Position numbers and translations under genes: made by a program
Origin: Acidobacteriota bacterium
GTDB taxonomy: Bacteria > Acidobacteriota > UBA6911 > RPQK01 > JAJDTT01
NCBI GenBank assembly: GCA_965217775.1
Contig: CBDCJH010000002.1
Coordinates: forward strand, 2,176,001-2,240,000
DNA length: 64,000 bases
Reading direction: 5' to 3'
Part shown: in pieces, positions 48,998-58,551 of the stretch
Layout of the letters: each line of letters opens with the position of its first letter
Numbering within the stretch: the first letter of the stretch is position 1
The notes under the pieces: model-generated
The model's input: only the letters and a program-made list of their open reading frames with translations
What the model was told of the DNA's origin: nothing
Databases searched by the model: none

Positions 48998-50020
48998 ATG
49001 AGCGGCATGGAGACGACCGACGTATTTCGCAGACCCATGAAGGATCTGCGAATTTCGGTGACGGATCGTTGCAACTACCGCTGCCGGTACTGCATGCCTC
49101 TGGACCGGTACGTCTGGATCGAGAAGCGGGAGTTGCTGACGTTCGAAGAGATCGTCCGCCTGGCCCGCCTCTACGTCGACCTGGGCGTCAGGAGAATCCG
49201 GATCACGGGAGGCGAGCCCCTGGTCCGCCGCGATCTGGATCGTCTGCTTCAGGAGCTGTCGGAAATCGGGGGCTTGGAGGACCTGAGCCTCACCACCAAC
49301 GGCTCGTTTTTGGCGCAGTCCGCTCGAGCGTTGAAGCGGGCGGGGCTGCGCCGGATCAACGTCAGCCTGGACACGTTGGATCCGGAGAAGTTCCGGACCA
49401 TCACCAAACGGGGACGACTGGATGACGTTCTGGATGGGATCCTGGCGGCCCGGGACACGGGAATGGCGCCGATCAAGATCAACACCGTCGTGATCCGGGG
49501 CATCAACGAGGACGAGATCCTGGACCTGGTGGAGTATTCGCGCGAGCACGGTCTCCAAGCCAGGTTCATCGAATACATGGACGTGGGAAACGCCAACGAC
49601 TGGAGTCTCGAAAGGACCGTCACCAAACAGGAGATCCTGGATCGGATCCAATCCCGGTACCCCCTGGAGGCCGTGGGACGGGAGGAGAGCCGCGCACCCG
49701 CCGTCAACTACCGCTTCCTGGACGGCGCCGGACAGATCGGAATCATCGGGTCGGTGACCGAGCCGTTCTGTTCCACCTGCAGCCGGGTCCGGCTGACGGC
49801 CAACGGGCAGATGGTCACCTGCCTGTTCGCCTCCCAGGGCCACGACCTGAAGCGCCTCCTCCGAGGCGGTTGCTCCGACCTCGAGATCCGTTCCTTCCTG
49901 GAGCAGATCTGGTCCGTGCGGGACGACCGGTTCTCCGATCGCCGCTGGCAGCAGATTCGCACCGACGGCTACCATCGAGAAGATCATCGAAAGATCGAGA
50001 TGATCACCCTCGGTGGCTAG
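48998..50020 (+). CDS. moaA: GTP 3',8-cyclase
   Basis: LRISVTDRCNYRCRYC (radical SAM), TGGEP, FCSTCSRVRL, C-terminal GG. Confidence 0.97.
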   Translation: MSGMETTDVFRRPMKDLRISVTDRCNYRCRYCMPLDRYVWIEKRELLTFEEIVRLARLYVDLGVRRIRITGGEPLVRRDLDRLLQELSEIGGLEDLSLTTNGSFLAQSARALKRAGLRRINVSLDTLDPEKFRTITKRGRLDDVLDGILAARDTGMAPIKINTVVIRGINEDEILDLVEYSREHGLQARFIEYMDVGNANDWSLERTVTKQEILDRIQSRYPLEAVGREESRAPAVNYRFLDGAGQIGIIGSVTEPFCSTCSRVRLTANGQMVTCLFASQGHDLKRLLRGGCSDLEIRSFLEQIWSVRDDRFSDRRWQQIRTDGYHREDHRKIEMITLGG

Positions 50021-50182
50021 CAATCGATTTCGAGTCATGAAGACTCGGTCAATTTGCCCTCGTCTCCTTGTCCCGACCGTGTGCCGGGGTTAAATTGGCG
50101 TCACCCCCCGGAGAGATACTGTTGCCGTCCGGGGCGGACTGCGAATCCATAGTTTCGAAAACTCAGACATCACAGGGCAGCC

Positions 50183-52063
50183 ATGACATCAAATCCAGAT
50201 TCTCCTGTAGTCACTCCTGACCGAATCCGATCCCTCCAGGTGATGGCCAACCGTTTGCGGCGCCACTCCCTGGTCTCCACCACGGAGGCCGGTTCGGGAC
50301 ACCCCACTTCCTGCTTTTCCTGTGCCGATCTGGTCTCCACCATCTTCTTCCAGTTCCTGCGCTTCGATCTCACCCGGCCGGATCATCCGGCGAATGACCG
50401 CTTCGTGCTTTCCAAGGGGCATGCCGCACCGGTCCTTTACGCGGCCTTGGCCGAAGGCGGAGCCTTCCCGGTCGAGAGACTGCTCACTCTGAGGCGGATC
50501 GACAGCGAGTTGGAGGGACATCCCACTCCCCGAAGTCGCTGGATCGACGTCGGCACCGGGTCTCTGGGCCAGGGACTGGCCATCGGCGTGGGCATGGCGC
50601 TGGCCCTCCGGAACAGCCCGGCGGGAAACCGGGTCTATGTCCTCATGGGAGACGGAGAGACGGCCGAGGGCGCGGTGTGGGAAGCGGCCGCCCTGGCTGG
50701 ATTCTACGGACTGGACAATCTCATCGGCGTGGTGGACGTGAACGGGTACGGCCAGAGCCAGAACACCATGTACGGCCACGACGTGAACGGCTACTGCGAC
50801 CGTTTTCGAGCCTTCGGCTGGCACGCGGCGGCCGTGGACGGCCACGACGTGGAGGAGATTGCCGGCGCTCTCCAGGACGCGTGCAACCAGACCGGAAAGC
50901 CCTCGGTCATCGTCGCCCGCACCCTCAAGGGCAAGGGAGTCTCCTTCATGGAGAACCGGGACGGGTGGCACGGTAAACCGATTTCCCGCGGGGCGGATCT
51001 GGACGGGGCCCTTGAGGAGCTGGGTCCGGACCTGCCGGTTGACCCGTCTCTCCGTGTGGCCCTGCCGGCCTCAAACGGGGATTCCGGGGGCTCGGATGCC
51101 GACGGGACTTCGAAGATGGAGCCTCCCGGCTACACCGATCAGGATCAGGTGGCCACCCGCGTCGCATACGGGACCGGCCTGCAGAAGCTGGGAAACGCCA
51201 ATCCCCGGGTGGTGGCTCTGGACGGCGACACCAAGAACTCCACCTACTCGCTGCGGTTCATGGAACGTCACCCCGACCGGTTCTTCGAGTGCTTCATCGC
51301 GGAGCAGGCCATGGTCGGGGCGGCAGTGGGGATGGGCGCCGTGGGCAAGATTCCATTCGCCTCAACCTTCGCCGCCTTCATGACCCGCGCCTACGACCTG
51401 ATTCGGATGGCGGCCATCTCCCAGAGCAACCTCAAGCTCTGCGGCTCCCATGCCGGCGTCTCCATCGGTGAGGACGGCCCCTCTCAAATGGGTCTGGAGG
51501 ATCTGGCCATGATGCGGGCCGTTCAAGGATCCACGGTCCTCTATCCCAGCGACGCCGTCGCCACCGAGCGCCTGGTCGAGGTGGCCTCCCAGACTCCGGG
51601 CATCGTCTACATCCGAACCACCCGTCCCAAGACCGCCTGCCTCTACGACTCATCGGAGGCCTTCATCCGGGGCGGGTCCAAGACGGTTCGCACCGGCCCT
51701 TCGAACCGGGCCACGGTGGTGGCTGCCGGAATCACCCTTCACGAAGCACTCAAGGCGCACCGGCAGTTGCAGGATGAGGGCATCGACATCCGGGTCATCG
51801 ACCTGTACTCCGTCAAGCCGGTCGATGCCGAGACTCTGACGCGGGCGGCAGGGGAGACCGGAGCTATCGTCACCGTCGAGGACCACTACGCCGACGGAGG
51901 CCTGGGAGATGCCGTCGTGGACGCCCTGGCGGGACAGCAGTACCGCTACCGGAAGCTGGCCGTGACCGACCTGCCCAGATCCGGCCCCTCAGCCGAGCTG
52001 ATGGACAACCACGGCATCGGCGCCCGCGCCATCGTTGAGGCCGTGCGGGACCTGGTCTCGTAG
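50183..52063 (+). CDS. tkt: Transketolase (short, animal-like type)
   Basis: GSGHPTSC, SKGHAAP, EGHPTP, TGSLGQG, GDGETAEG, SHAGVSIGEDGPSQM. Confidence 0.95.
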   Translation: MTSNPDSPVVTPDRIRSLQVMANRLRRHSLVSTTEAGSGHPTSCFSCADLVSTIFFQFLRFDLTRPDHPANDRFVLSKGHAAPVLYAALAEGGAFPVERLLTLRRIDSELEGHPTPRSRWIDVGTGSLGQGLAIGVGMALALRNSPAGNRVYVLMGDGETAEGAVWEAAALAGFYGLDNLIGVVDVNGYGQSQNTMYGHDVNGYCDRFRAFGWHAAAVDGHDVEEIAGALQDACNQTGKPSVIVARTLKGKGVSFMENRDGWHGKPISRGADLDGALEELGPDLPVDPSLRVALPASNGDSGGSDADGTSKMEPPGYTDQDQVATRVAYGTGLQKLGNANPRVVALDGDTKNSTYSLRFMERHPDRFFECFIAEQAMVGAAVGMGAVGKIPFASTFAAFMTRAYDLIRMAAISQSNLKLCGSHAGVSIGEDGPSQMGLEDLAMMRAVQGSTVLYPSDAVATERLVEVASQTPGIVYIRTTRPKTACLYDSSEAFIRGGSKTVRTGPSNRATVVAAGITLHEALKAHRQLQDEGIDIRVIDLYSVKPVDAETLTRAAGETGAIVTVEDHYADGGLGDAVVDALAGQQYRYRKLAVTDLPRSGPSAELMDNHGIGARAIVEAVRDLVS

Positions 52064-52090
52064 CCGAACCCGGATTCGGATCAACTTGAC

Positions 52091-52942
52091 TTAGTCCAGA
52101 TTGGCTTCACCGACTTCTTTGGTGGGGTCTTTCTTGATGGCGATGATGGTCCGATCGTCGTACTGTCGATCGGCGCCGTCGAAGGCCGCGACATCCGCCA
52201 TGATGGTGTCGCAGATCTCTTTGGCGGAGCGGTCCCGGTTGGCCCAGGCCAGCTTTCGCAGGGCCTCGACCCCGTATTCCCTGCCCTCCCGGTTTCGAGT
52301 CTCGATGATGCCGTCGGTGTAACCAAGGAGCACGTCGCCCAGTTCCATCCGCGTCTCACCGACCCGATACTCGATGGGTGGAGTCCACAAGGCCCCCAGG
52401 ACCAGGCCGCCTACGTCCAGGGTTTCGATTCGATCCCCTTTCAGGATCAGGGGACTGAAATGGCCGGCGTTGATGTAGCGGACGACGCCGTCTACGTGAA
52501 CTTCCCCGTAGAACGCGGAGATGAATTGATCGGTCCGGGACGACCGGAACATGCGGCGATTGATCTTGGAAAAGAGGAGATTGGTCGTGTCCTGGGCGTA
52601 GACCGCCTCGAAGGCGATGGCGGTATAGAGAGCCGTGTTGAAGTCCCGGATCAGCATCGCCGCCACCAGACCGTGACCGGCGGCATCGGCAATGACGACG
52701 CCGAAACGGCCTTTGAGTCCGAATCGCCCCTCCAGGTTGATGAAATCGTAGAAATCACCGCCGATGACGGCACTGGGAAGGGTTATGCCGAAGATGTCGT
52801 AGTCGGCATAGGCGGTCACCCGCCCCGGATCGGGCATGATGCGGCGCTGCATGTCGGCCAGGGAGACGAACTCCTCTTCGATCTCCCTCAGGTCCATGCG
52901 GGCGATTCGGGTGAGCTTGTCCGAATCGCGCGCCTCAGTCAC
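52091..52942 (-). CDS. PP2C/SpoIIE (RsbU-like) serine phosphatase, stand-alone
   Basis: GGDFYD, IADAAGHG, INAGH, YTDGIIE, DDRT. Confidence 0.92.
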   Translation of the reverse strand: MTEARDSDKLTRIARMDLREIEEEFVSLADMQRRIMPDPGRVTAYADYDIFGITLPSAVIGGDFYDFINLEGRFGLKGRFGVVIADAAGHGLVAAMLIRDFNTALYTAIAFEAVYAQDTTNLLFSKINRRMFRSSRTDQFISAFYGEVHVDGVVRYINAGHFSPLILKGDRIETLDVGGLVLGALWTPPIEYRVGETRMELGDVLLGYTDGIIETRNREGREYGVEALRKLAWANRDRSAKEICDTIMADVAAFDGADRQYDDRTIIAIKKDPTKEVGEANLD

Positions 52943-53943
52943 GCTTCCTCACTCGTAAAGCGATCCACGACCCGGGCCTGGATCTGACTCTCCGGACCCA
53001 ACTGCACGCCAAGAATCTGTCCCGGTCGGGCAAAGGCCCGCCTCACGTACCCCAGGGCGATGGGTCCATTCAGACGCGGAGAGAGAACGGCACTGGTGAC
53101 CGAACCGATGGCCTTGCCTTCGGGACTCAGGACACGAGCTCCCGGCTCCGGAGGCACTTCTCCATCCAGGACCAAGCCCATGAGAAACCTTCCGACGCCT
53201 CCGATGTGGGTGGCCTTGGCTACGACCTCCTGCCCCAGATAGCATCCCTTGGTCAGGCTGATGGCCGAGTCCAGACGGGCCTCCATGGGGTAGTTGCCCT
53301 CGTCCATGTCCACACCGAATTGGGGTATGGCGGCCTCGATCCGAAGCAGGTTCCAGACTTCCGGATCCAGCCTCCGTACGGGAAACGATCCGTTCCACTC
53401 CGACAAGGCTCGGCTCAAAGAGGGAGCGGTCTTCCGCGGCACCAGGATTTCGCAGCCTGCCGCCCCAACATCCGATTTTTGGATCAACAAGGCGGAGTCT
53501 CCGTCCCAATCCGTCTCCACGACTTGAAGAGTATGGGCCGGAATCTCGGCTTGAAGCAGCGCCCGAACCAGATCTCCCGTGCGCGGACCCTGGAGCGAGA
53601 AGTGGAGGAACTGTTCGCTGAGCGAAAGCTCCACCTCGTCCATGATGACGTAGGCCTCCAGCGCTTCGCGGAGCCGCTCGGCCAGCGACAGGTCCACGTC
53701 CATGAGGACCCGTCGGGGCAACCGGTAGTAGTAGAAATCCGCAACCATCTTGCCGCGGGCAGTCAGGAAGGTTCCATACCGGCCCTGGTAGTCCTCCAGG
53801 CCCTCGACGTCGTTGCTAATCATGGAATGGAGAAAACGGATCCGGTCCGCTCCGGTCACCCGGAGCTTGGTCCGCCGGGACAGTTCCCGCCATCCGACGC
53901 CGCTGCTGACTGATTCGTACTGTTTCCGACGTTCAGGGTCCAT
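52939..53943 (-). CDS. ygfZ: Folate-binding YgfZ/GcvT-like protein (Fe-S maintenance)
   Basis: KGCYLGQE signature; GADRIRFLHSMISND. Confidence 0.9.
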   Translation of the reverse strand: MDPERRKQYESVSSGVGWRELSRRTKLRVTGADRIRFLHSMISNDVEGLEDYQGRYGTFLTARGKMVADFYYYRLPRRVLMDVDLSLAERLREALEAYVIMDEVELSLSEQFLHFSLQGPRTGDLVRALLQAEIPAHTLQVVETDWDGDSALLIQKSDVGAAGCEILVPRKTAPSLSRALSEWNGSFPVRRLDPEVWNLLRIEAAIPQFGVDMDEGNYPMEARLDSAISLTKGCYLGQEVVAKATHIGGVGRFLMGLVLDGEVPPEPGARVLSPEGKAIGSVTSAVLSPRLNGPIALGYVRRAFARPGQILGVQLGPESQIQARVVDRFTSEEA

Positions 53944-54031
53944 CTTTCGGCCGGGGTTGGGAGCGGTCCGTTCGGTCCAGTCGCTTTCGGATCCATCCAG
54001 GAATCGGCTGTCCCGGCGTACTGGTTGACTA

Positions 54032-54742
54032 CTAGAGCGTCTCGCCAGGGTTCATGGCAAAGACCTCGGTCCCCAGATCGCGGGTCAGGCGCGCCAATTC
54101 TTCTGGAGTGCCGGTGAGGATGGGAAAGGTCCCGTAGTGCATGGGAATCACCTTCCGGGCGTTCATCAGCCGGCAAGCATACGCCGCCTCCACGGGACCC
54201 ATGGTGAAATGGTCTCCGATGGGCAGGAAGATCAACTCGGGCTGGTAGATCTCGGCGATGATCTTCATGTCGCCGAAGACACAGGTGTCGCCGGCGAAAT
54301 AGATGCGCAGGCCGTTCTCGAACTCCACGACGTACCCGGCGGGCTCTCCGCCCTCGATCATGTTGCCGTCGGCACCCATGATCCCGGAACTGTGCCGTGC
54401 GTCCACCATGGTGACCCGAAGATCCCCCACGGTCACGGTTCCGCCCTTGTTCATGGCCACAATGTTGGAGACCCCCTGCTTTTCCAGCCAGTTCCCGATT
54501 TCAAGGATGCAGACGACCTGGGGTTCCAGCCGGGTGGCCAAGCTCACGGCATCCTGGATATGATCGAAATGCCCGTGAGTCACCAGGATGACGTCCAGCG
54601 AGTCGATCTGTGCCGCCTCCTTGGGACAGGCCGGGTTGTGATCGGTCCAGGGATCGATCAACACCTTCCGTCCGGACGGTGAAGTGAACAGGAACGTACT
54701 GTGACCCAGATACTGGATCTGGACTCCGCGACCGATACCCAT
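54032..54742 (-). CDS. UPF0173 metal-dependent hydrolase (MBL fold)
   Basis: LGHSTF, THGHFDH, YFAGDT, LPIGDHFTMGP, IPMHYGTF. Confidence 0.93.
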   Translation of the reverse strand: MGIGRGVQIQYLGHSTFLFTSPSGRKVLIDPWTDHNPACPKEAAQIDSLDVILVTHGHFDHIQDAVSLATRLEPQVVCILEIGNWLEKQGVSNIVAMNKGGTVTVGDLRVTMVDARHSSGIMGADGNMIEGGEPAGYVVEFENGLRIYFAGDTCVFGDMKIIAEIYQPELIFLPIGDHFTMGPVEAAYACRLMNARKVIPMHYGTFPILTGTPEELARLTRDLGTEVFAMNPGETL

Positions 54743-54801
54743 GGCGCCCTCCTTTGGGGGCACAATATACTCGCCCCGGCGAATCGAGTAAACTCGCCCC
54801 G

Positions 54802-54870
54802 CTGGTGAAAGTCCCGTGTGACGCCGAAACCGGGAACGCGTACCGGACAAGGCGCGCCGACTCGATCGCA
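54802..54870. repeat. Degenerate fragment related to MITE family B
   Basis: TGGTGAAAGTCCCG..CCGAAACCGG...CCGGACAAGGCGC aligns with the 5' third of MITE B. Confidence 0.5.
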
Positions 54871-54946
54871 ACCCGTACGGTTGCCATTCTCATCCGATCG
54901 CCTGAGGCTGCCCGGTTGCCACGGCGGTTCGCGCGCGACGCCCGAA

Positions 54947-55303
54947 ATGGATAGCCTCCGCCTGCTGGACATCGAGTGCCGGTCTCGCATCGGCGTGACC
55001 CCCGAAGAACGAATTCGGCCCCAATCGATACGGGTCGACCTGGACCTGAGCTTGGATCTGGAGGCCGCCGGCAACAGCGATGCCATCGATCTGACGGTGA
55101 ACTACGTGAAGGTGGTGGACCGGGTGCAGGCCATCGCCGCGGAGACGGAGTACCGTCTGGTGGAGGCGCTGGCCCGGACGCTCTGCCGCCGTCTGCTGGA
55201 GGAGAACCCTATTGATCGGGTTCAGGTGACGGTCAGGAAACGGCCCGAAGAACTGAAGGGAAAACTGAGGGAGGTGGCCGTGACCATGACCCGGCCCGCC
55301 TGA
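54947..55303 (+). CDS. folB: Dihydroneopterin aldolase
   Basis: IGVTPEER..PQ, TVNY, LVEALA, VRK motifs. Confidence 0.9.
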   Translation: MDSLRLLDIECRSRIGVTPEERIRPQSIRVDLDLSLDLEAAGNSDAIDLTVNYVKVVDRVQAIAAETEYRLVEALARTLCRRLLEENPIDRVQVTVRKRPEELKGKLREVAVTMTRPA

Positions 55304-55361
55304 TCTTCCGGCTGGAGACCGCAGTCAGTGATGACGCTGAGGTCCGTAGGCGCCCCGGCAG

Positions 55362-55688
55362 TCAGATTCCGAAGGACTGGCCGCAGCTGCAGGTCCGGCT
55401 GGCATTGGGATTCACGAAGGTGAACCCCTGCTGCATCATTGATCCGCGCCAGTCCAGTCCCATGCCCTTCAGGAAAAGATAGCTCTTCAGGTCCACGAAG
55501 ACCTGCACGCCGTACTCCTCGAAGATCCGGTCTCCCGGCTTTTTCTTCTCCTCGAATCGCATGACGTAGCTCAGTCCGGAACATCCCCCTCCGCGGACTC
55601 CCAGGCGAAGCCCACCTCGGGTGAGCCCCTCTTGTTGAAGGCCCTGCTTGATCTTCTCTGCTGCTGACTCTGTGATGGTAATGGACAT
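55362..55688 (-). CDS. HesB/IscA A-type Fe-S carrier (second copy)
   Basis: GGGCSGLSY and CSCGQSF motifs. Confidence 0.95.
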   Translation of the reverse strand: MSITITESAAEKIKQGLQQEGLTRGGLRLGVRGGGCSGLSYVMRFEEKKKPGDRIFEEYGVQVFVDLKSYLFLKGMGLDWRGSMMQQGFTFVNPNASRTCSCGQSFGI

Positions 55689-55727
55689 GTCCTATCGGTG
55701 CTCCCGCTTCGTCTATACTACCATCCG

Positions 55728-56339
55728 ATGCTGAACCGGGTCGCCTCCGTGATTCTGGCCGCAGGCGACTCCCGCCGCATGGGGCGCCCCAAGGCCTTGC
55801 TGCCACTGGGACGCAAAGCCTTTCTGCAACATATTCTCGACCGCCACCTGACCCTCGGCACGGACTCCTGGGTGGTGCTGGGACGGCAGCATCGCCAAAT
55901 CCGGAGCCGGTTGGACCTGACGGGAGCACAGGTCCTGGTCAACCCGGACCCGGACCGGGGACCCCTTTCCAGCCTCAATCTGGTTCTGGAGAAACTCCGC
56001 GGCTACGATGGCGCCCTGGTGCATCCGGTGGACCACCCTCTCGTGGCCACGTCCACCCTTCGTGCCCTTCTCCAAGAACATTTTCGGTGTCCCGCCTGCA
56101 TTCTGATTCCCAGGCACCGCGGGAAAAAGGGACATCCGGTGCTCTTTCCGCAGCGGTTCTTTGCCGAGTTGAAGCAAGCCCCGCTGGAGGAGGGAGCGCG
56201 CTGGGTGGTGAGGCGCCGCTTGAGCTCCCAGTTGCTGGTGCCCGTGGTAGACGCGGGCGTGGTGACCAACGTCAACCTGCCGGAGCAGTTGGATCGCCTC
56301 CGGCGAACCGGACACGGCGTGGGTTATCCGACGAACTAG
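55728..56339 (+). CDS. Nucleotidyltransferase, MocA/MobA-like
   Basis: ILAAGDSRRMGRPKALL, HPVDHP, GHPVLF. Confidence 0.88.
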   Translation: MLNRVASVILAAGDSRRMGRPKALLPLGRKAFLQHILDRHLTLGTDSWVVLGRQHRQIRSRLDLTGAQVLVNPDPDRGPLSSLNLVLEKLRGYDGALVHPVDHPLVATSTLRALLQEHFRCPACILIPRHRGKKGHPVLFPQRFFAELKQAPLEEGARWVVRRRLSSQLLVPVVDAGVVTNVNLPEQLDRLRRTGHGVGYPTN

Positions 56340-56497
56340 CAGTCCGTGGTGAAAGTCCCGCGAGCACCGAGACCGTTCCTGCGCCCGCCGGACAAGGCGC
56401 GATTCGGGTGCATACCGGGAGTATGTGCCCGAATCGCAACGCCGTCCGCCGGGATGCAGGGACGGTCGAATGCCGTGATGACTTTTGCCACGGGCTG
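56340..56497. mobile_element. MITE family B, copy 2
   Basis: Same terminal inverted repeats as 45271-45429; CTAG on both sides, the left one containing the stop codon of the mocA-like gene. Confidence 0.88.
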
Positions 56498-56500
56498 CTA

Positions 56501-56661
56501 GGAGTCTGCGCGGTAGAAATGATCGTAGCGAGAAAGTGGGGAATCGAGGCCGGATTTTCTCGATTTGGAGGTGCATAGTTGTTCTATTCGCCGAGAAATC
56601 GGGGAAATCTGGACCGATTCTACCGCTTTCGCAGTAGATCAATTTCTGCGGCGCAGGCTCC
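56501..56661. mobile_element. MITE family A, copy 2
   Basis: About 3 mismatches versus 4187-4347; abuts MITE B on one side and the moeB stop codon on the other. Confidence 0.9.
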
Positions 56662-58088
56662 TAGTACGCCGGGACCGAAGGATCCACGTCCCGGGCCCAG
56701 GCCAGGATTCCGCCCTCCAGGTTCCGGACCTTCCTGAAACCGGCCTGACGCAGCAACTGAACGGCCTGCGCGCTCCGGGCGCCTGATCGGCACTGGGCCA
56801 CGATCTCGCGGGAGGTGTCCAGCTCGTTGAGACGGTTGAGCAGATCGCCCAAGGGGATCAGGTGGGCCCCGTCGATTCGGCAGATCTCGTATTCGGGCGG
56901 GTTGCGCACGTCCAGAATGAAGACATCTTCGCCCCGGTCCAATTCCTGCTTCAACTCCACCGCCGTCACTTCCTCCACCGATGTGGCCGACTCGGGCTCG
57001 ATGCCGCAGAACTGTTCGTAGTCGATGAGCTCGTGCAAGGTGGGTTCGTCCCCGCAGACGGGGCATTCCGGATCTCTTCGCAGCTTCAACTCCCTGAACT
57101 TCATGCCCAAGGCATCGAACAGGAGCAGGCGGCCCACCAGGGGATCGCCCTGCTCCAGGATCAGCTTCACCACTTCGGTCGCCTGAATGATCCCCACCAG
57201 TCCCGGAAGAATCCCCAGGACTCCCCCCTCGGCGCAGGAGGGCACCAAGCCCGGAGGTGGCGGCTCCGGGTAGAGGCAGCGATAGCAGGGTCCGTCCGGG
57301 AGCGCGAAGACCGAGGCCTGACCCTCGAACCGGAAGATGCTGGCGTAGACGTTCGGTTTGCCGCTCAGCACACAGGCGTCGTTGACCAGATATCGGGTAG
57401 GAAAGTTGTCGGTTCCGTCGGCCACGATGTCGTAGTACCGGAACAGGTCGAGCGCGTTCCCGGAGCTGAGGCGTAGCTGGTGGGTCTCCACCTGGACGTT
57501 GGGGTTGATCTGAGACAAGGTCTCCCGCGCCGACTCCAGCTTGGGCCGTCCCACATCGCCGGTCCCATGGAGAATCTGCCGCTGCAGATTGCTCTCGTCC
57601 ACCACGTCGAAATCGACGAGACCGAGGCGACCCACACCCGCCGCCGCGAGGTACATGGCCAAGGGTGACCCCAGACCTCCTGCGCCGATGCACAGGACGC
57701 TGGCCTGCTTCAGCTTCCGCTGTCCCTCCAGGCCCACCTCGGGCATGATCAAGTGGCGACTGTACCGCCGGATCTCCTCGTGGGTGAGAAGGCCGGGCGG
57801 GGCAGCCGCCACGCTGCCACCGGCGATGGAGGGAACGATGCTGACCGTATCGCCGTCGCTGACGGCCGTGTCTTCCCTCTGCAGGTATCGAATGTCCTCG
57901 TCGTTCAGGTATACGTTGACGAAGTTCCTCAGACGGCCCTGAGGGGTGTAGAGGTGCTTGCGGAGCGTCCCGTGTTGCTCGGTCAGGCTCTGCAGAACCT
58001 CCCGTATGGTGGCTCCCTCCAACTCCAATGACTCCCGGTTGCCCACATGGGGCCTCAGGGGAGTGGGAATGAACACCTTGACAGCCAT
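56661..58088 (-). CDS. moeB: Fusion of ubiquitin-like sulfur carrier (CysO/MoaD/ThiS), MoeB/ThiF adenylyltransferase and rhodanese
   Basis: N-terminal IPTPLR...FVNVYLNDEDIR...IVPSIAGG; then RYSRH, GAGGLG, SNLQRQ, CYRC/CPVC, PSCAEGG; C-terminal DVR..EY and CRSGARS. Confidence 0.93.
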   Translation of the reverse strand: MAVKVFIPTPLRPHVGNRESLELEGATIREVLQSLTEQHGTLRKHLYTPQGRLRNFVNVYLNDEDIRYLQREDTAVSDGDTVSIVPSIAGGSVAAAPPGLLTHEEIRRYSRHLIMPEVGLEGQRKLKQASVLCIGAGGLGSPLAMYLAAAGVGRLGLVDFDVVDESNLQRQILHGTGDVGRPKLESARETLSQINPNVQVETHQLRLSSGNALDLFRYYDIVADGTDNFPTRYLVNDACVLSGKPNVYASIFRFEGQASVFALPDGPCYRCLYPEPPPPGLVPSCAEGGVLGILPGLVGIIQATEVVKLILEQGDPLVGRLLLFDALGMKFRELKLRRDPECPVCGDEPTLHELIDYEQFCGIEPESATSVEEVTAVELKQELDRGEDVFILDVRNPPEYEICRIDGAHLIPLGDLLNRLNELDTSREIVAQCRSGARSAQAVQLLRQAGFRKVRNLEGGILAWARDVDPSVPAY

Positions 58089-58119
58089 GGCTTTCCTCCT
58101 AGTCGAAAACGAACAGATC

Positions 58120-58551
58120 TCAATCTCCCCGGGGTTCCAATTTCCATGCTTCCGGCTCGAAGCCGGAACGGTCTTCCATCAAGAGCCAGGACAATATTTC
58201 CGCCGTCCTACCCTGGCGCACCGACGCGATCAGGTACGAATACCAGGGCCACGCATGGTCCCGATCATATTCGGACGGGCGGGCCGGGACGTCGGGGTGA
58301 CTGTGAAAATAACCCAGTATCTGCGACTTGCCTCCCCGGAGCCGTTTCTCCCACTCCAGCAGAAACTCGGGCGCGATCAGGTAGCGATTGGCGGCACTGT
58401 CGCTCCTCTGGTTCCGCGCCTCCACCACCTGGGAAACCCGCTTGAACCCGTTGCCCGCCGAGCCGACCAGGAGTCCGCAGCACTCGTGCGGATAGGTCTT
58501 CTCGGCAATAGCCTTGATGCGCTCCAGATCCTCCGGTTTCAAAAAGAGCAT
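58120..58551 (-). CDS. JAB/MPN+ (M67) metallopeptidase, Mec-like
   Basis: YPHECCG and HSHPDVPARPSEYD JAMM motif. Confidence 0.93.
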   Translation of the reverse strand: MLFLKPEDLERIKAIAEKTYPHECCGLLVGSAGNGFKRVSQVVEARNQRSDSAANRYLIAPEFLLEWEKRLRGGKSQILGYFHSHPDVPARPSEYDRDHAWPWYSYLIASVRQGRTAEILSWLLMEDRSGFEPEAWKLEPRGD

